64,000 nt of DNA. Source: Holosporales bacterium. GTDB lineage: Bacteria; Pseudomonadota; Alphaproteobacteria; RUG11792. The notes under the pieces were generated by a model, which was not told the DNA's origin, searched no databases, and was given only the letters and a program-made list of their open reading frames with translations. A program made the translations under genes and the position numbers. Numbering within the stretch: position 1 is the stretch's first letter; the number at the start of each line of letters is the position of its first letter. The stretch covers positions 3,774 through 67,773 of the forward strand of contig JAIRNI010000013.1 of the NCBI GenBank assembly GCA_031258145.1. The letters are read 5' to 3'. Shown here one piece after another: positions 1 through 9,744 of this stretch.

Positions 1-370
1 TCGTGGAAATCGCCATTAGAGGGCGACTCAAGACCGATAGGATATACCCGCATATCATGATCTTCTTACGATTACCTAAGTAATCACTCAACATTCCCGA
101 AAGAAGTTTCATTAGATGAGAGATCGTTTCACAGAGCCCCTCTAAAACGCCAATAAAAATGGTGGAAACGCCTATGACGTGCTTCAAATAGAGCCCGGAG
201 AAACTATAGGTCATGACGAAGGCCGTATTCACCAGGAACATCATGATTCCGATTTGCCAGACGGTCGGAGGAATATTACCATCTCGCTTTTGACGTGCCA
301 AACGAGACGAAGCTGCTGTTCCGCTTACTTGACTGGATTCACTCCGGCCGGTGGATGACTTGTCGTGCAT
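1..370 (-). CDS. MFS-type transporter, N-terminal fragment (gene continues past the left edge)
   Basis: Hand translation of the minus strand from ATG at 370 gives MHDKSSTGRSESSQVSGTAASSRLARQKRDGNIPPTVWQIGIMMFLVNTAFVMTYSFSGLYLKHVIGVSTIFIGVLEGLCETISHLMKLLSGMLSDYLGNRKKIMICGYILSVLSRPLMAIS, open to position 1. The TM1/TM2 loop GMLSDYLGNRKK matches MFS motif A. It is absent from the ORF track because there is no stop in the window. Confidence 0.55.
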   Translation of the reverse strand, partial: MHDKSSTGRSESSQVSGTAASSRLARQKRDGNIPPTVWQIGIMMFLVNTAFVMTYSFSGLYLKHVIGVSTIFIGVLEGLCETISHLMKLLSGMLSDYLGNRKKIMICGYILSVLSRPLMAIST

Positions 371-550
371 TCGTAAGGAAGATCTCGATTACTCGATAAT
401 CAAATGTATTGTAACATACGTCGAACCATGGTGGCAACCAGAAGTGTTGCCGAAAGCAGTCCCCGTAATTCCTCGGGCTATTCTGACGGCCTTCGTCCCC
501 TCGCCACCGATTCTGATGCAGAAGGATTCGGGAGAGGCGAGTTATCTCTC

Positions 551-1258
551 CTATTCCACTTCGTATGAGCCGTTGACGACTACCTTCACCCTCTTTTGTG
601 GGGTATCGTTACCACCCCATCTGTATTCATTATCCGCCGATGAATCGGCAGGAACGATGGAAAAAGGCCCGGTCGCCAGATTTTTGATATTCGTAACTTT
701 ACTATCCATTAATTTTGCTATCTTTTGGGCTCTATCTCTCGAATCTTTGGCGGCCTCCTCCAGCATCTCGATTCTGAGGTTGCTCATATCGGTATAATAA
801 TACGATTCGTCGGTATCAATATACCCAGTATCGGAAAGATCTATCTTTAGGAGATTCTCTATTATAGTTTTCACGATCTCGACTCTTTTTGTTCTTATTC
901 TGATGGTATCTGTAACTCGGAAAGCATCCTTTTTATCTCCTGAATGGTTATAAACATCCATCGGCAACTCTTGTATCTCCGATGGCTCGATGCCTACTTT
1001 CCGGAGTACTGACATAACAGACTCTTTGTCTTTCTTGCGGTTTTCTACAACCGCTTTAATCTTATCGGTTTCATGTATGATTTTTATATTCAGGATCGCC
1101 AGATCGGATTCGACGACTCTCTCCGACAGTCCCTTCGTCGATATGTAATGGCCGCTTTTATGCAACAACTGAACTATCTGGCATCCCAGTTGATAAAACA
1201 ATCCAATCGCAAGCAGGCAACACAATAATTTTAAAATATCACTTTTTTCTTTGAACAT
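551..1258 (-). CDS. SIMPL/DUF541-like periplasmic protein
   Basis: ORF 551..1282. The likely start is ATG 1258 (MFKEKSDILKLLCCLLAIGL), which gives an N-terminal hydrophobic signal or anchor. Overall layout and the C-terminus KRVKVVVNGSYEVE resemble the SIMPL (26 kDa periplasmic immunogenic protein) family. Recognised from memory only. Confidence 0.55.
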   Translation of the reverse strand: MFKEKSDILKLLCCLLAIGLFYQLGCQIVQLLHKSGHYISTKGLSERVVESDLAILNIKIIHETDKIKAVVENRKKDKESVMSVLRKVGIEPSEIQELPMDVYNHSGDKKDAFRVTDTIRIRTKRVEIVKTIIENLLKIDLSDTGYIDTDESYYYTDMSNLRIEMLEEAAKDSRDRAQKIAKLMDSKVTNIKNLATGPFSIVPADSSADNEYRWGGNDTPQKRVKVVVNGSYEVE

Positions 1259-1308
1259 CAGACGGCCCCGGCACAAACACACCCCATGCCCTCATTGTAA
1301 CACACCTC

Positions 1309-3396
1309 TTAAAACGATTGTTTAATATTCGTTATCTTTTCTGCGCCAAATATATTTAACAGAAGCTTGTATGCATCAGTATTCCCCTGATCCACTATTT
1401 TCGCGGCCAACGCGGATGTTTGCTTCAACGTCTCGTATATGACAGTTTGATTGTCCGGATTATTTACGTCGAACGTTCTGTATTTTTTTTGTCCACTTTG
1501 CCGGGTGCCGAGTATTTCGCCGCCTCCTCTCAGAAGTAAATCTTTTTCTGCAATATAAAATCCATCATTGCTGCTTTTTATTGCGCGGATTCTATCCATC
1601 GAAATTCTGGAGGATAGCTTTGGATCATACACCAGGATGCAATATGATGGCAGGGTTCCGCGTCCCACACGCCCCCTCAACTGATGCAGTTGTGAGAGCC
1701 CGAATTTCTCCGCATTTTCTATGATCATGACGGTCGCATCCGGGATATCGACCCCGACTTCGATCACCGTTGTTGAGACCAGGATATGTGACCTCCCCTC
1801 CATGAAGCTCTGAAAAATCTCCTGCTTTTCACAGGATTTCATTTTGCCGTATAACATCTGAACATCATTTGGGAAACACTCTTTCAAATGGTTGAATCTA
1901 TTGATGACGCACGTATAGTCCACCTTCGTGCTTTCTTCGATGAGAGGACAAACCCAATATACTTTTTGCTCCTGGGTAATGATATTGCCGATAGATTTCA
2001 CGACTTCCGGTAGTCTGCCGATCTGCACAGAACTAGTGGTAATCTGTGCACGTCCAGCTGGTTTTTCCGTAATCGAGGAAACCGCGATGTCCCCGTAGAA
2101 TGCCATGATCATCGTCCTGGGTATTGGGGTCGCCGTCATGCTCAGGATGTGCGGATTCTGGCCCTTATCGATGAGTTGCAGTCTCTGATCCACTCCGAAG
2201 CGATGTTGCTCATCGATAATGACAAGCCCTAGATTTTGAAACCTCACAGACCCAGTCAGGATGGCATGTGTACCTATCAGAACCTTCGCCGCCCCGGTTT
2301 CGATGTTGGCCAATATCCTCTGCCTCGTTTTCCCCTTCTCATTGGCGGTCAGTAACTCCGTCCCAACCCATAATTGATCGAAATATCTTGTGATGAGATT
2401 ATAGTGTTGGCGTGACAATATTTCTGTGGGAGCCATGAAGGCGCACTGGTACCCACTTTCAATGGCATAGAGCATTGCCAGAACCGCGACGATCGTCTTT
2501 CCGGAGCCGACGTCTCCCTGCAGCAGCCGAATCATCCTCTTCTCTGAAGACATATCAGCCAGTATTTCTGTCAGAGCATTCTCCTGCGATTTGGTCAGCG
2601 AAAACTCCAATATCTGCAACAATTTATGAATCAGAGTTTTATCATTTTGAATCGGTATGGCCACTTGATCCGTATAATTCGATACACTAATGCCTATCTG
2701 CTCTGCCAATAGTTCATCGAAACAAAGCCGACGTTGAGCAGGTGTCGCCAATTCTGAGAGCCTCATGGATTTTGGCTGGTGAATCTCAGTAATCGCATCG
2801 GGGAAATTGGGAAAATTATTGGCGGCCAATACTTCGTCTGGCAACCATTCTGGTATGTCCGAATCATGGAGGCATCTCAGGGCACCCCTCATGGCCCCAT
2901 AAATAGAATTTTGAAAGATCCCGGTAGTCAATGGATAAATATTAAAAAATCCAGAGGCATTTATGGCGGCGGCTTGAGAGGCCAATCTCTCGGGATTTAC
3001 GAACTGAAAATTATATTTATAAGATTCGCACAGCTTGCCGCTTATGAAGACGGTCTGCCCCACGGGGAAAGATTTGTGAATATGTGATGGAGACTCATAA
3101 TTAAAGAGTAAGACTTCAACGATATCATTTCCACACCTCCCGAGTACGATCGATGGTCGACTGGTGCGTGGGAACGATCTCTCCACGTGCTCGACGCATA
3201 TCCTGGTGGTGACTATCTTCCCGATGGCGCTCCTTGTTAATTGCTCGGTGTATACTTTCTCGATGGTATAGGACGGCATGTGTAAACAGAGATCGATTAC
3301 TCTATTCCCACACACTCTCCTAAATAACTTCGCCCTCGATACCAATCCACAACTTAAACATTCTGAGATATCGGCAAATATTTTCGAAGTAGTCAT
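1309..3396 (-). CDS. recG: ATP-dependent DNA helicase RecG
   Basis: 695 aa with Walker A GDVGSGKT, DEQHRFG box and QLHQLRGRVGRG motif VI, plus an N-terminal wedge/OB region typical of RecG. Confidence 0.95.
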   Translation of the reverse strand: MTTSKIFADISECLSCGLVSRAKLFRRVCGNRVIDLCLHMPSYTIEKVYTEQLTRSAIGKIVTTRICVEHVERSFPRTSRPSIVLGRCGNDIVEVLLFNYESPSHIHKSFPVGQTVFISGKLCESYKYNFQFVNPERLASQAAAINASGFFNIYPLTTGIFQNSIYGAMRGALRCLHDSDIPEWLPDEVLAANNFPNFPDAITEIHQPKSMRLSELATPAQRRLCFDELLAEQIGISVSNYTDQVAIPIQNDKTLIHKLLQILEFSLTKSQENALTEILADMSSEKRMIRLLQGDVGSGKTIVAVLAMLYAIESGYQCAFMAPTEILSRQHYNLITRYFDQLWVGTELLTANEKGKTRQRILANIETGAAKVLIGTHAILTGSVRFQNLGLVIIDEQHRFGVDQRLQLIDKGQNPHILSMTATPIPRTMIMAFYGDIAVSSITEKPAGRAQITTSSVQIGRLPEVVKSIGNIITQEQKVYWVCPLIEESTKVDYTCVINRFNHLKECFPNDVQMLYGKMKSCEKQEIFQSFMEGRSHILVSTTVIEVGVDIPDATVMIIENAEKFGLSQLHQLRGRVGRGTLPSYCILVYDPKLSSRISMDRIRAIKSSNDGFYIAEKDLLLRGGGEILGTRQSGQKKYRTFDVNNPDNQTVIYETLKQTSALAAKIVDQGNTDAYKLLLNIFGAEKITNIKQSF

Positions 3397-3397
3397 G

Positions 3398-3613
3398 TTA
3401 GTAAAATCTTAAATCTTGCTCACGTGGAATCATAACAGGTTTAACGAAACGATTCTCGTTGAAGACGATCAGCGGGTAGCCGAACCCACAAACTCTCACA
3501 GGCTGATACATTAAACTAAGATAAACAAACTGACTCAGAAGCCGTCTGTAGACGATTTTTTCTGCATACTTAGTTTGATAAACAAGTACGTTGTTATTGA
3601 AGCTTCCGAGCAT
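3398..3613 (-). CDS. Hypothetical small protein (doubtful)
   Basis: 71-aa ORF whose stop abuts the recG start by 1 nt, so coupling is possible. No Shine-Dalgarno sequence and no family recognised. Confidence 0.25.
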   Translation of the reverse strand: MLGSFNNNVLVYQTKYAEKIVYRRLLSQFVYLSLMYQPVRVCGFGYPLIVFNENRFVKPVMIPREQDLRFY

Positions 3614-3701
3614 ATCGATCCATAATCAAATCAAACAATGACAAAAAAAATTATCCATGATAAAATAGAAAGTAGCACAATGACCCACACGGAATACCAT
3701 A

Positions 3702-6700
3702 ATGAAAATATTAAGAATAAAAACACTCCTAACAACTCTCGCGGTGCTCATTACAACTGACGCATTCCCCGCAATGCAGGATTATCTAGAACAAGCAAAC
3801 AGGAAAAGATGGAAAATAGAACTAAACAAGACATCCCTAGACGGGAGATCCATGAAAGAAAACATAGAAGCGCTTATAGATGCCGGTGTCATAGCAAAAT
3901 CATTACAACAGCGACAAATCGATGACATCCTTAGAAGAATTAAAATCGATAGCATAGCGGATAATTGGTTCAAAATAACAAGCACGGACAACAAGAAGCT
4001 GCAGCTAGGAACGATTAATATTCCTGAAAACATGAACAGCCAAAATATCAATTGGCTGTTTGGACTCATAATCAGCGCTTCAATCCAACAAAATAGGACC
4101 AACGACTCCATTCAAAAGATAATAGCAGATATAGGCAATAGAGTGAAGGGAGATTCACCGCAGGCAAAATTAGACCGATCAATAGCAGACATCAATATCT
4201 ACTTCACACAATTCCACGTGGGAGAATTCTGGGGCGGCCGTAACGAGCCCAAACCCAAATACGAATTAGAAGCGAAAGGTACTGGCGGAACCCAGAAATC
4301 ATTGTCTCAGTCAATGAAAAACACCCGAAGCACAACTCCACTTACGAAAGTGAATCAACCAACCCAACAAAATAAAGGACAAATAGCACAGGACCCCACC
4401 CCCCCAAAAGCTCCCCCTGTGAAACAACAGCCACCAAGCACATCTCCGACACCCAAATCGATTCCGCTGAAAGACGATATCACAAAAGTCAAACTTAAAG
4501 ACCAGCAAGAGCAGGCAGAAAGACTCAAATCACAAATCGAACAGCTTAACATTAACATACAGAGACTAGAACAACAGAGAATAGATAAGACAATCAGCAA
4601 CGCCGCCTTAGAGAGAGACATAAATCAGAAACAAGCAGAAATCACCGACCTCACACAAGAAATAGCACAACTCAACCAAAATAAAATAAACCTACAATCA
4701 CAAATAAGTAAGCTCAAAGCAGAACTCAGCAAACAAGAACAGGAAAAGACCCGAGTGGAACAGGAGATGCATCAAAAACAAACAGAAAGCATAGCAGCAG
4801 AACAGAGAAAAGAGAGCATCAACAAAGAAATGGCATCTCTCACAACACAAAAAGGAGCCCTAGAAAACGACAGGAATTTGCTACGACAACAGCACGACGC
4901 CATCGAAAGGGAGAACAGCGATCTACAAAAAACCAACAAAGACCTAGAGGCCCAAGTAACACAAAAGCAAACACAAAGCCAACAATTACAAGGACACATA
5001 AAATCCTATGAAAGTCAGAAACAATCATTAGAAGAAGAAATCGAGAAAGTCAATAAACAAAAGAAAACACTCGAGAATGAAGTAGAGGCATTACGAAATA
5101 AACAAGATCAGGGCAAAAAAGCAATCGAAGAGCAACAGAAGGCTCTCGCAGAGCTAAGCAACAAACAGAAAGAGGTGACAACATGTACAAACAAAGAAGC
5201 GGAAGAGAAAGTCGCAGAACTGACCAAGATCAAATCACAACTCTCCCAACGAAAGACCGACCTCAATAACATAGACCAGCAGATGCAAGAGAAGAAAACG
5301 CAGAAGGAACGTATCGAGATACAAGTCAAAGCAGTAGAGCTCGAATTAACCCAAAAGGAGCAGCAACTAAGGGACATCGAAGGCCAAATACCCAATAAAT
5401 CTCAACAACTATCCAACTTAGGAGAGAGCTGCAGAACCGAGACTAGCAAACTAGAGCAAATTAAAACCGAGATCCAGGCCAAGAAGACCGAGCTGGCTGA
5501 GGCTCAAACAGGAAACCAGGTGGCAAAAGCTGACCTAGACAGACTCAAAGAGGAATTAGGGACCCTTAGAGACACCAAAGATCAAACGGAAAAAGTCATC
5601 GAGACCCTCGCCCAGAGAAAGACGGAAGCGGAAAAGGCAAGCGCCGATATAGAAAGTCTCAAAGCGGAATTAGGGGCCCTTAGAGGCGAAAAAGAGCAAC
5701 TGGAAAAGGACATCCAGAACCTTGCGCAAAGAAAGGAAGAAGAGGAAAAGGAACGAGCCGCAGCGCAGGAAGAAGTCAGGAAAACAGAGCTCGACAAAAC
5801 CCAAAAGGGACAGCAGTTAAGGGAAATCGAAGGACAAATAACCAATACATCTCAACAACTATCCAAATTAGGAGAGAGCTGCAGAACCGAGGCTAGCAAC
5901 CTAGAGCAAATTACAACCGAGATCAAGGCCAAGCAGTCCGAGCGGACTGAGACACAAAAAGCGGCCCAGGCGGCAAAAGATGAACTAGCAACAATCGAAA
6001 ATGAACTAACGACCATTACCGGCAAAAAAACACAACTGACACAAGACATTGAGATCCTTGCACAGAGAAGGACGGAAGCGGAAAAGGCAAGTGCCGATAT
6101 AGAAAGTCTCAAAGGGGAATTAGAGACCCTTGCCGGCAACAAAGCAAAACTGGAAAAAGACATCGAGATCCTTGGGCAGCAGAAGAAAGAAGCGGAGAAG
6201 GACAAGGGCGCAGCGGAGGTGGCAAAGCAAGAGGCTCTCACTCAGGCGGCTGCAGCGCAGCAAGAGGAGGAAAGGATAAGATTGTCCTCCCAAACCGCGA
6301 TGAACCAGAAATCCCAGTTAGTCGAAGAACTCCAGACAATCAAAGAGAACAAAGACCGAGCCCAGGCGGAACTGAACAATATTAGATCCCAAGCAGACGA
6401 GATTAGATCAGCTACGGTTAATCCACCGACCCAGGACAACAGAGAGCAGAGGGAAATTGCAGAGGCAGAAGCCCGGCTCAAACAGTTGCAGGAACAAATA
6501 GAAATCCACCAACAGGAAGCCAATCAGATCTTGCAAAGAAGCATAGAGCAGAGGAGCGCATTCGTAGCGCCATTCGAGTGGCTAGCAAATAAGTCGTCCC
6601 AAGGAGACGGTCTCCCTCAGGAGCGAACTTCATCAATCCTGGCCAGATGTTGGTTGATGCAGATGAAAAGCGCCCCCTCCCGCCAACTCGTAAAGGTACA

Positions 6701-7586
6701 ACCTGCTCTCCAGCAGTGGATCCAAATGGAGGCGTACGACATCATCCCCATCTGTATCCCCTTCAACCCGTTCCAGGAACACTCGTCAAAGTTGCGACTC
6801 CATCTTAACCAAAATAAACAAGGAGAAGCGCTAGAATCGTCGAATACGGTCTTGCCCCTCAAAGATATAGCGGCCAGCCACCCAGTTGATCCCGATGTAA
6901 ACAGAGAGAGCCCAGGATACTTTGTCCTGGATCACGGACAAACACATATAATCCCCACCTCCGGGGGCAGGAGACACGTAGGTAAAGCATGGTACAAGTT
7001 TCAGGGGACCCCAGTCTCATTTACACCAAACCCGCTGGAATACAGGGAGGGTGTTCTAACCATGGTTCTTCCACCAGAAGCCAAAACCGGGCGAACGAGA
7101 CCTCCCCCCCCGAGGACCGGTCTGGCAGAGATAATAGGCGGACCAGTCTCAGCCGAAAACATCAAAGAGGTCAATATGATAGCTCCCGCAAGTCTCCCCA
7201 TCGAACCAGCCTTAGAGCGAATGGCAAAAGAGAAAACGCTCACACAAGAAAGTCTCGGGAACCCTATCACAGAAGCATGGAGGTACACATTGTTCGTAGC
7301 AGGCACGCCTGCCAACCAACACTGGCTGGAACAGAGGAAGCAGAGATTAAAAGGGAATGAGCAGCTTCTGCAAGCAGACGCCCATTCCATCATCCTTAGC
7401 CCAGGGGCGATACCTGGTTTCGATCAAGCCATAATTAGGATCCAATTAGTCCCCATGGACGGATCTCAGGTCCTATTCCCGCAGGTGGACGATGTACTCA
7501 GAAACTATTCCCGGGTTCCCACACATCAGCAGGGACATCCACAGGAGGAAGTTCCCCCTCCGACACCTCCAACCCCCAACCCGTAG
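3702..7586 (+). CDS. Giant secreted coiled-coil protein (1294 aa), family unknown
   Basis: N-terminal signal-like MKILRIKTLLTTLAVLITTDAFPA. Then a globular region of about 200 aa, a Pro/Gln/Thr-rich linker (QDPTPPKAPPVKQQPPSTSPTPK), about 650 aa of E/K/Q/L heptad-like coiled coil with an internal 150-aa duplication, a non-coiled C-terminal region of about 380 aa, and a proline-rich tail (PPPTPPTPNP). Confidence 0.85.
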   Translation: MKILRIKTLLTTLAVLITTDAFPAMQDYLEQANRKRWKIELNKTSLDGRSMKENIEALIDAGVIAKSLQQRQIDDILRRIKIDSIADNWFKITSTDNKKLQLGTINIPENMNSQNINWLFGLIISASIQQNRTNDSIQKIIADIGNRVKGDSPQAKLDRSIADINIYFTQFHVGEFWGGRNEPKPKYELEAKGTGGTQKSLSQSMKNTRSTTPLTKVNQPTQQNKGQIAQDPTPPKAPPVKQQPPSTSPTPKSIPLKDDITKVKLKDQQEQAERLKSQIEQLNINIQRLEQQRIDKTISNAALERDINQKQAEITDLTQEIAQLNQNKINLQSQISKLKAELSKQEQEKTRVEQEMHQKQTESIAAEQRKESINKEMASLTTQKGALENDRNLLRQQHDAIERENSDLQKTNKDLEAQVTQKQTQSQQLQGHIKSYESQKQSLEEEIEKVNKQKKTLENEVEALRNKQDQGKKAIEEQQKALAELSNKQKEVTTCTNKEAEEKVAELTKIKSQLSQRKTDLNNIDQQMQEKKTQKERIEIQVKAVELELTQKEQQLRDIEGQIPNKSQQLSNLGESCRTETSKLEQIKTEIQAKKTELAEAQTGNQVAKADLDRLKEELGTLRDTKDQTEKVIETLAQRKTEAEKASADIESLKAELGALRGEKEQLEKDIQNLAQRKEEEEKERAAAQEEVRKTELDKTQKGQQLREIEGQITNTSQQLSKLGESCRTEASNLEQITTEIKAKQSERTETQKAAQAAKDELATIENELTTITGKKTQLTQDIEILAQRRTEAEKASADIESLKGELETLAGNKAKLEKDIEILGQQKKEAEKDKGAAEVAKQEALTQAAAAQQEEERIRLSSQTAMNQKSQLVEELQTIKENKDRAQAELNNIRSQADEIRSATVNPPTQDNREQREIAEAEARLKQLQEQIEIHQQEANQILQRSIEQRSAFVAPFEWLANKSSQGDGLPQERTSSILARCWLMQMKSAPSRQLVKVQPALQQWIQMEAYDIIPICIPFNPFQEHSSKLRLHLNQNKQGEALESSNTVLPLKDIAASHPVDPDVNRESPGYFVLDHGQTHIIPTSGGRRHVGKAWYKFQGTPVSFTPNPLEYREGVLTMVLPPEAKTGRTRPPPPRTGLAEIIGGPVSAENIKEVNMIAPASLPIEPALERMAKEKTLTQESLGNPITEAWRYTLFVAGTPANQHWLEQRKQRLKGNEQLLQADAHSIILSPGAIPGFDQAIIRIQLVPMDGSQVLFPQVDDVLRNYSRVPTHQQGHPQEEVPPPTPPTPNP
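5337..6236 (+). repeat. In-frame tandem duplication, 2 x 450 bp, inside the coiled-coil gene
   Basis: Both units begin with gagctcga, at 5337 and 5787. Protein units are ELELTQKEQQLRDIEGQIPNKSQQLSNLGESCRTETSKLEQIKTEIQAK... and ELDKTQKGQQLREIEGQITNTSQQLSKLGESCRTEASNLEQITTEIKAK.... The second halves also match (AQRKTEAEKASADIESLKAELGAL / AQRRTEAEKASADIESLKGELETL). Confidence 0.9.
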
Positions 7587-7652
7587 CGGCTTTAGGGACC
7601 AGGGTGCGGGACAATCGTTTGAGTTATTCCGCTCCCGTGTGCCGCATGAACG

Positions 7653-7661
7653 TGCTATAAT
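7653..7661 (+). promoter_or_regulatory. Extended -10 promoter (TGcTATAAT) for rnpB
   Basis: tgctataat lies at 7653-7661, and the P1 stem of RNase P RNA begins 7 nt downstream at 7668. I saw no good -35. Confidence 0.5.
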
Positions 7662-7667
7662 GGCCGC

Positions 7668-8066
7668 GTGTGAATCTGGTGATTGATCGCTGCGGTGTGT
7701 TTGCATCGTAGAGGAAAGTCCGGGCTTCGTGTGGGCAAGGTGCCGGATAACGTCCGGCGTCGGGATCCGAAAGGGTCTCGGTAGGGAAAGTGCAACAGAA
7801 AATATACCGCCTCGATTCTTCGGAATGAAGGTAAGGGTGAAAAGGCGACGGTAAGAGCGCACCGCATTTTTGGCAACAAGGATGGCATTGCAAACCCCAC
7901 CTGAAGCAAGACCAAATAGAGGTGACTAGAATCCGATTCGTGGCGTGCCCATGGCCATCGTCACCTGGGTAGGTCGCTCGAGCTTATCGGTAACGGTAAG
8001 CCCAGATGAATGATCAATCAGGAGAGTATTCTCCGGACAGAACCCGGCTTATAGCCAGATTCACAC
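7668..8066 (+). ncRNA. rnpB: RNase P RNA, bacterial type A
   Basis: Universal motif gaggaaagtccgggct (about 7709-7726) and 3' motif acagaacccggcttat. A perfect 12-bp P1 pairing gtgtgaatctgg (7668-7679) with ccagattcacac (8055-8066) gives a length of about 399 nt. Confidence 0.93.
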
Positions 8067-8102
8067 ATATGTTGTTGGGGTTTGTTTTTTTTGAAGGATT
8101 TT

Positions 8103-8708
8103 ATGATTACCATTATTTTGGCGGCGCTATCTCTTCTAATCTTTTTTTCCCTCTTTCAAAAATTGGGTAAAACGAAGAATGTTTCGTGCCTTGGGCTGGG
8201 GCTCAAGAGTCAAATTTCCGCACAATTAGCAAGGGCGGCTCCTGTTGTGGCCCGCGGCAAGGATCCAAGCCACGATGAAATGCTGGTGAGACAGAAGTTT
8301 CCCAATTTTGTTATCGAGGACTTTTTAGTTGAAGCTGAATCTACTTTCAATACTGTTTTCAACGCTTTCGCCATGGCCGATTGTGATGTGCTGAAGGCAG
8401 AGTTGTCCACCCCACTGTACAATGGATTCGTCGAGCAAATACAAAAGCGGAAGGATCTTAATTTAAAGCAGGAAATATTGATCAAGCATATTAGGACGAC
8501 TCTCAATAAAGTACAAATGTTGGTCACCAAGGCAAAATTATTCGTGTCATTCGAGGTCTCTCAGATGAGTGCGATCCTCAATTCCGAGAACGTCTCCTTC
8601 GATAATCCCAAAAAGATCTATAGGAATGTATTGCATTCCTGGATTTTTGAAAGAAAATACGATTCCGAAAGATGGATTCTCGTCAAAACTTCGCGCGTGG
8701 AGATTTGA
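8103..8708 (+). CDS. Tim44-like domain protein (membrane-anchored)
   Basis: N-terminal TM MITIILAALSLLIFFSLF followed by a Tim44-like C-terminal domain (DFLVEAESTFNTVFNAFAMADCDVLKAELSTPLYNGF...WIFERKYDSERWILV), a family common in alphaproteobacteria. ATG 8103 is preferred over the track start 8082. Confidence 0.75.
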   Translation: MITIILAALSLLIFFSLFQKLGKTKNVSCLGLGLKSQISAQLARAAPVVARGKDPSHDEMLVRQKFPNFVIEDFLVEAESTFNTVFNAFAMADCDVLKAELSTPLYNGFVEQIQKRKDLNLKQEILIKHIRTTLNKVQMLVTKAKLFVSFEVSQMSAILNSENVSFDNPKKIYRNVLHSWIFERKYDSERWILVKTSRVEI

Positions 8709-9673
8709 TGTTAAATAAGGCCGTAGAGTTGCTGAGAGCGGGCGATGTCGTCGCGGCCCCAACCGAGACGGTGTACGGCCTCTTCGCGGATGTCACCAAC
8801 GATTCGGCGATACAACGTATTTACCAGGTCAAGGGAAGGCCTTCCTGCAACCCCTTAATAATACACGTTTCTGGATTAGAGATGGCGCGACGAATCGCTA
8901 TTTTCTCCGACGAAGCCATGGAGCTAGTGAATTATTTTTGGCATGTAGTGAGGCTGCCGTTAACTATCGTATTGCCTATGGGAGAAACGCATATCTCACG
9001 TTTCGCCACGGCAAACCTGGGAACAGTAGCCATTCGTTGTCCATCCCATGCAATGGCCCTAGATTTGATAGATTCGTTTGGGGGGCCATTGGCGGCTCCC
9101 AGTGCCAATACATCGAACTCCATCAGCCCTACGACGGCAGCGATGGTCGCATCCGATATCGGCCCGAAGATTCCGCTCATCTTGGATGGTGGTCCATGCA
9201 CCGTCGGCATCGAATCTACGATACTAGATACGACGGTTTATCCCTATATCATATTGCGACATGGGGGAGTTACGCAGGAGAATTTAGAAGAATTCTTGGG
9301 GCAGAGTATTCAAGATTCACTGGATGATGAGTTATACCGCACCAACAAGCTTATTCAGGAGAGCTCCGGGAGCGGTATAACTATTAAAGCCCCTGGAATG
9401 ATGCCAAGACACTACTCTCCAAAGCTGGCACTAAGAATCAACGCGGCTTATCCAATTGGGAATGAAGCCTTTATAGGCTTTGGGGAAAATGTCCTTCAAT
9501 GTGATATTAACCTGAGTAAAACAGGCGACCTAGCAGAAGCCGCACGAAATCTTTATAGCGCTTTGAAAACGTTGGATGATCCATCGAAATATACAGGCAT
9601 TGCCGTGATGTCGATTCCTCAGCAAGGTTTGGGGATCGGAATAAACGATAGATTACTGAGGGCATCTTCTTAA
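8708..9673 (+). CDS. tsaC: L-threonylcarbamoyladenylate synthase (Sua5/YwlC-type TsaC)
   Basis: Motifs APTETVYGLFAD, KGRPSCNPLIIHV and SANTSNSISPTTA, plus a C-terminal Sua5 domain. ATG 8708 overlaps the upstream stop (tgATG). Confidence 0.9.
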   Translation: MLNKAVELLRAGDVVAAPTETVYGLFADVTNDSAIQRIYQVKGRPSCNPLIIHVSGLEMARRIAIFSDEAMELVNYFWHVVRLPLTIVLPMGETHISRFATANLGTVAIRCPSHAMALDLIDSFGGPLAAPSANTSNSISPTTAAMVASDIGPKIPLILDGGPCTVGIESTILDTTVYPYIILRHGGVTQENLEEFLGQSIQDSLDDELYRTNKLIQESSGSGITIKAPGMMPRHYSPKLALRINAAYPIGNEAFIGFGENVLQCDINLSKTGDLAEAARNLYSALKTLDDPSKYTGIAVMSIPQQGLGIGINDRLLRASS

Positions 9674-9715
9674 CCCTGCTATAGAACACTCTCGATATAG
9701 ATTGCTATAAAACAG

Positions 9716-9744
9716 TTGACATAATTTGCAACAAATTATATCCT
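9716..9744 (+). promoter_or_regulatory. Candidate sigma70 promoter (TTGACA-17-TATCCT)
   Basis: Consensus -35 ttgaca at 9716-9721, 17-nt spacer, tatcct at 9739-9744, about 60 nt upstream of the ORF at 9806. Confidence 0.4.

Noticed and set aside
351-797. ORF 351..797 (+), and ORF 14346..14705 (-)
   Set aside because: The first is antisense to the SIMPL-like gene and overlaps the MFS start region. The second overlaps the mutS 5' end in antisense. Neither has an SD or a recognisable family.
4311-6523. A series of minus-strand ORFs (62-129 aa) antisense to the coiled-coil gene
   Set aside because: They are Cys/Ser/Phe/Leu-rich mirror translations of a purine-rich GAA/AAG/CAA coding strand. The sense frame is continuous for 1294 codons.
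7473-7915. Four track ORFs (7473..7862, 7492..7686, 7624..7893, 7655..7915) around the end of the coiled-coil gene
   Set aside because: They overlap the RNase P RNA gene (7668-8066), whose conserved motifs and P1 pairing are unambiguous. They have no SDs and odd composition, so they are shadow ORFs.
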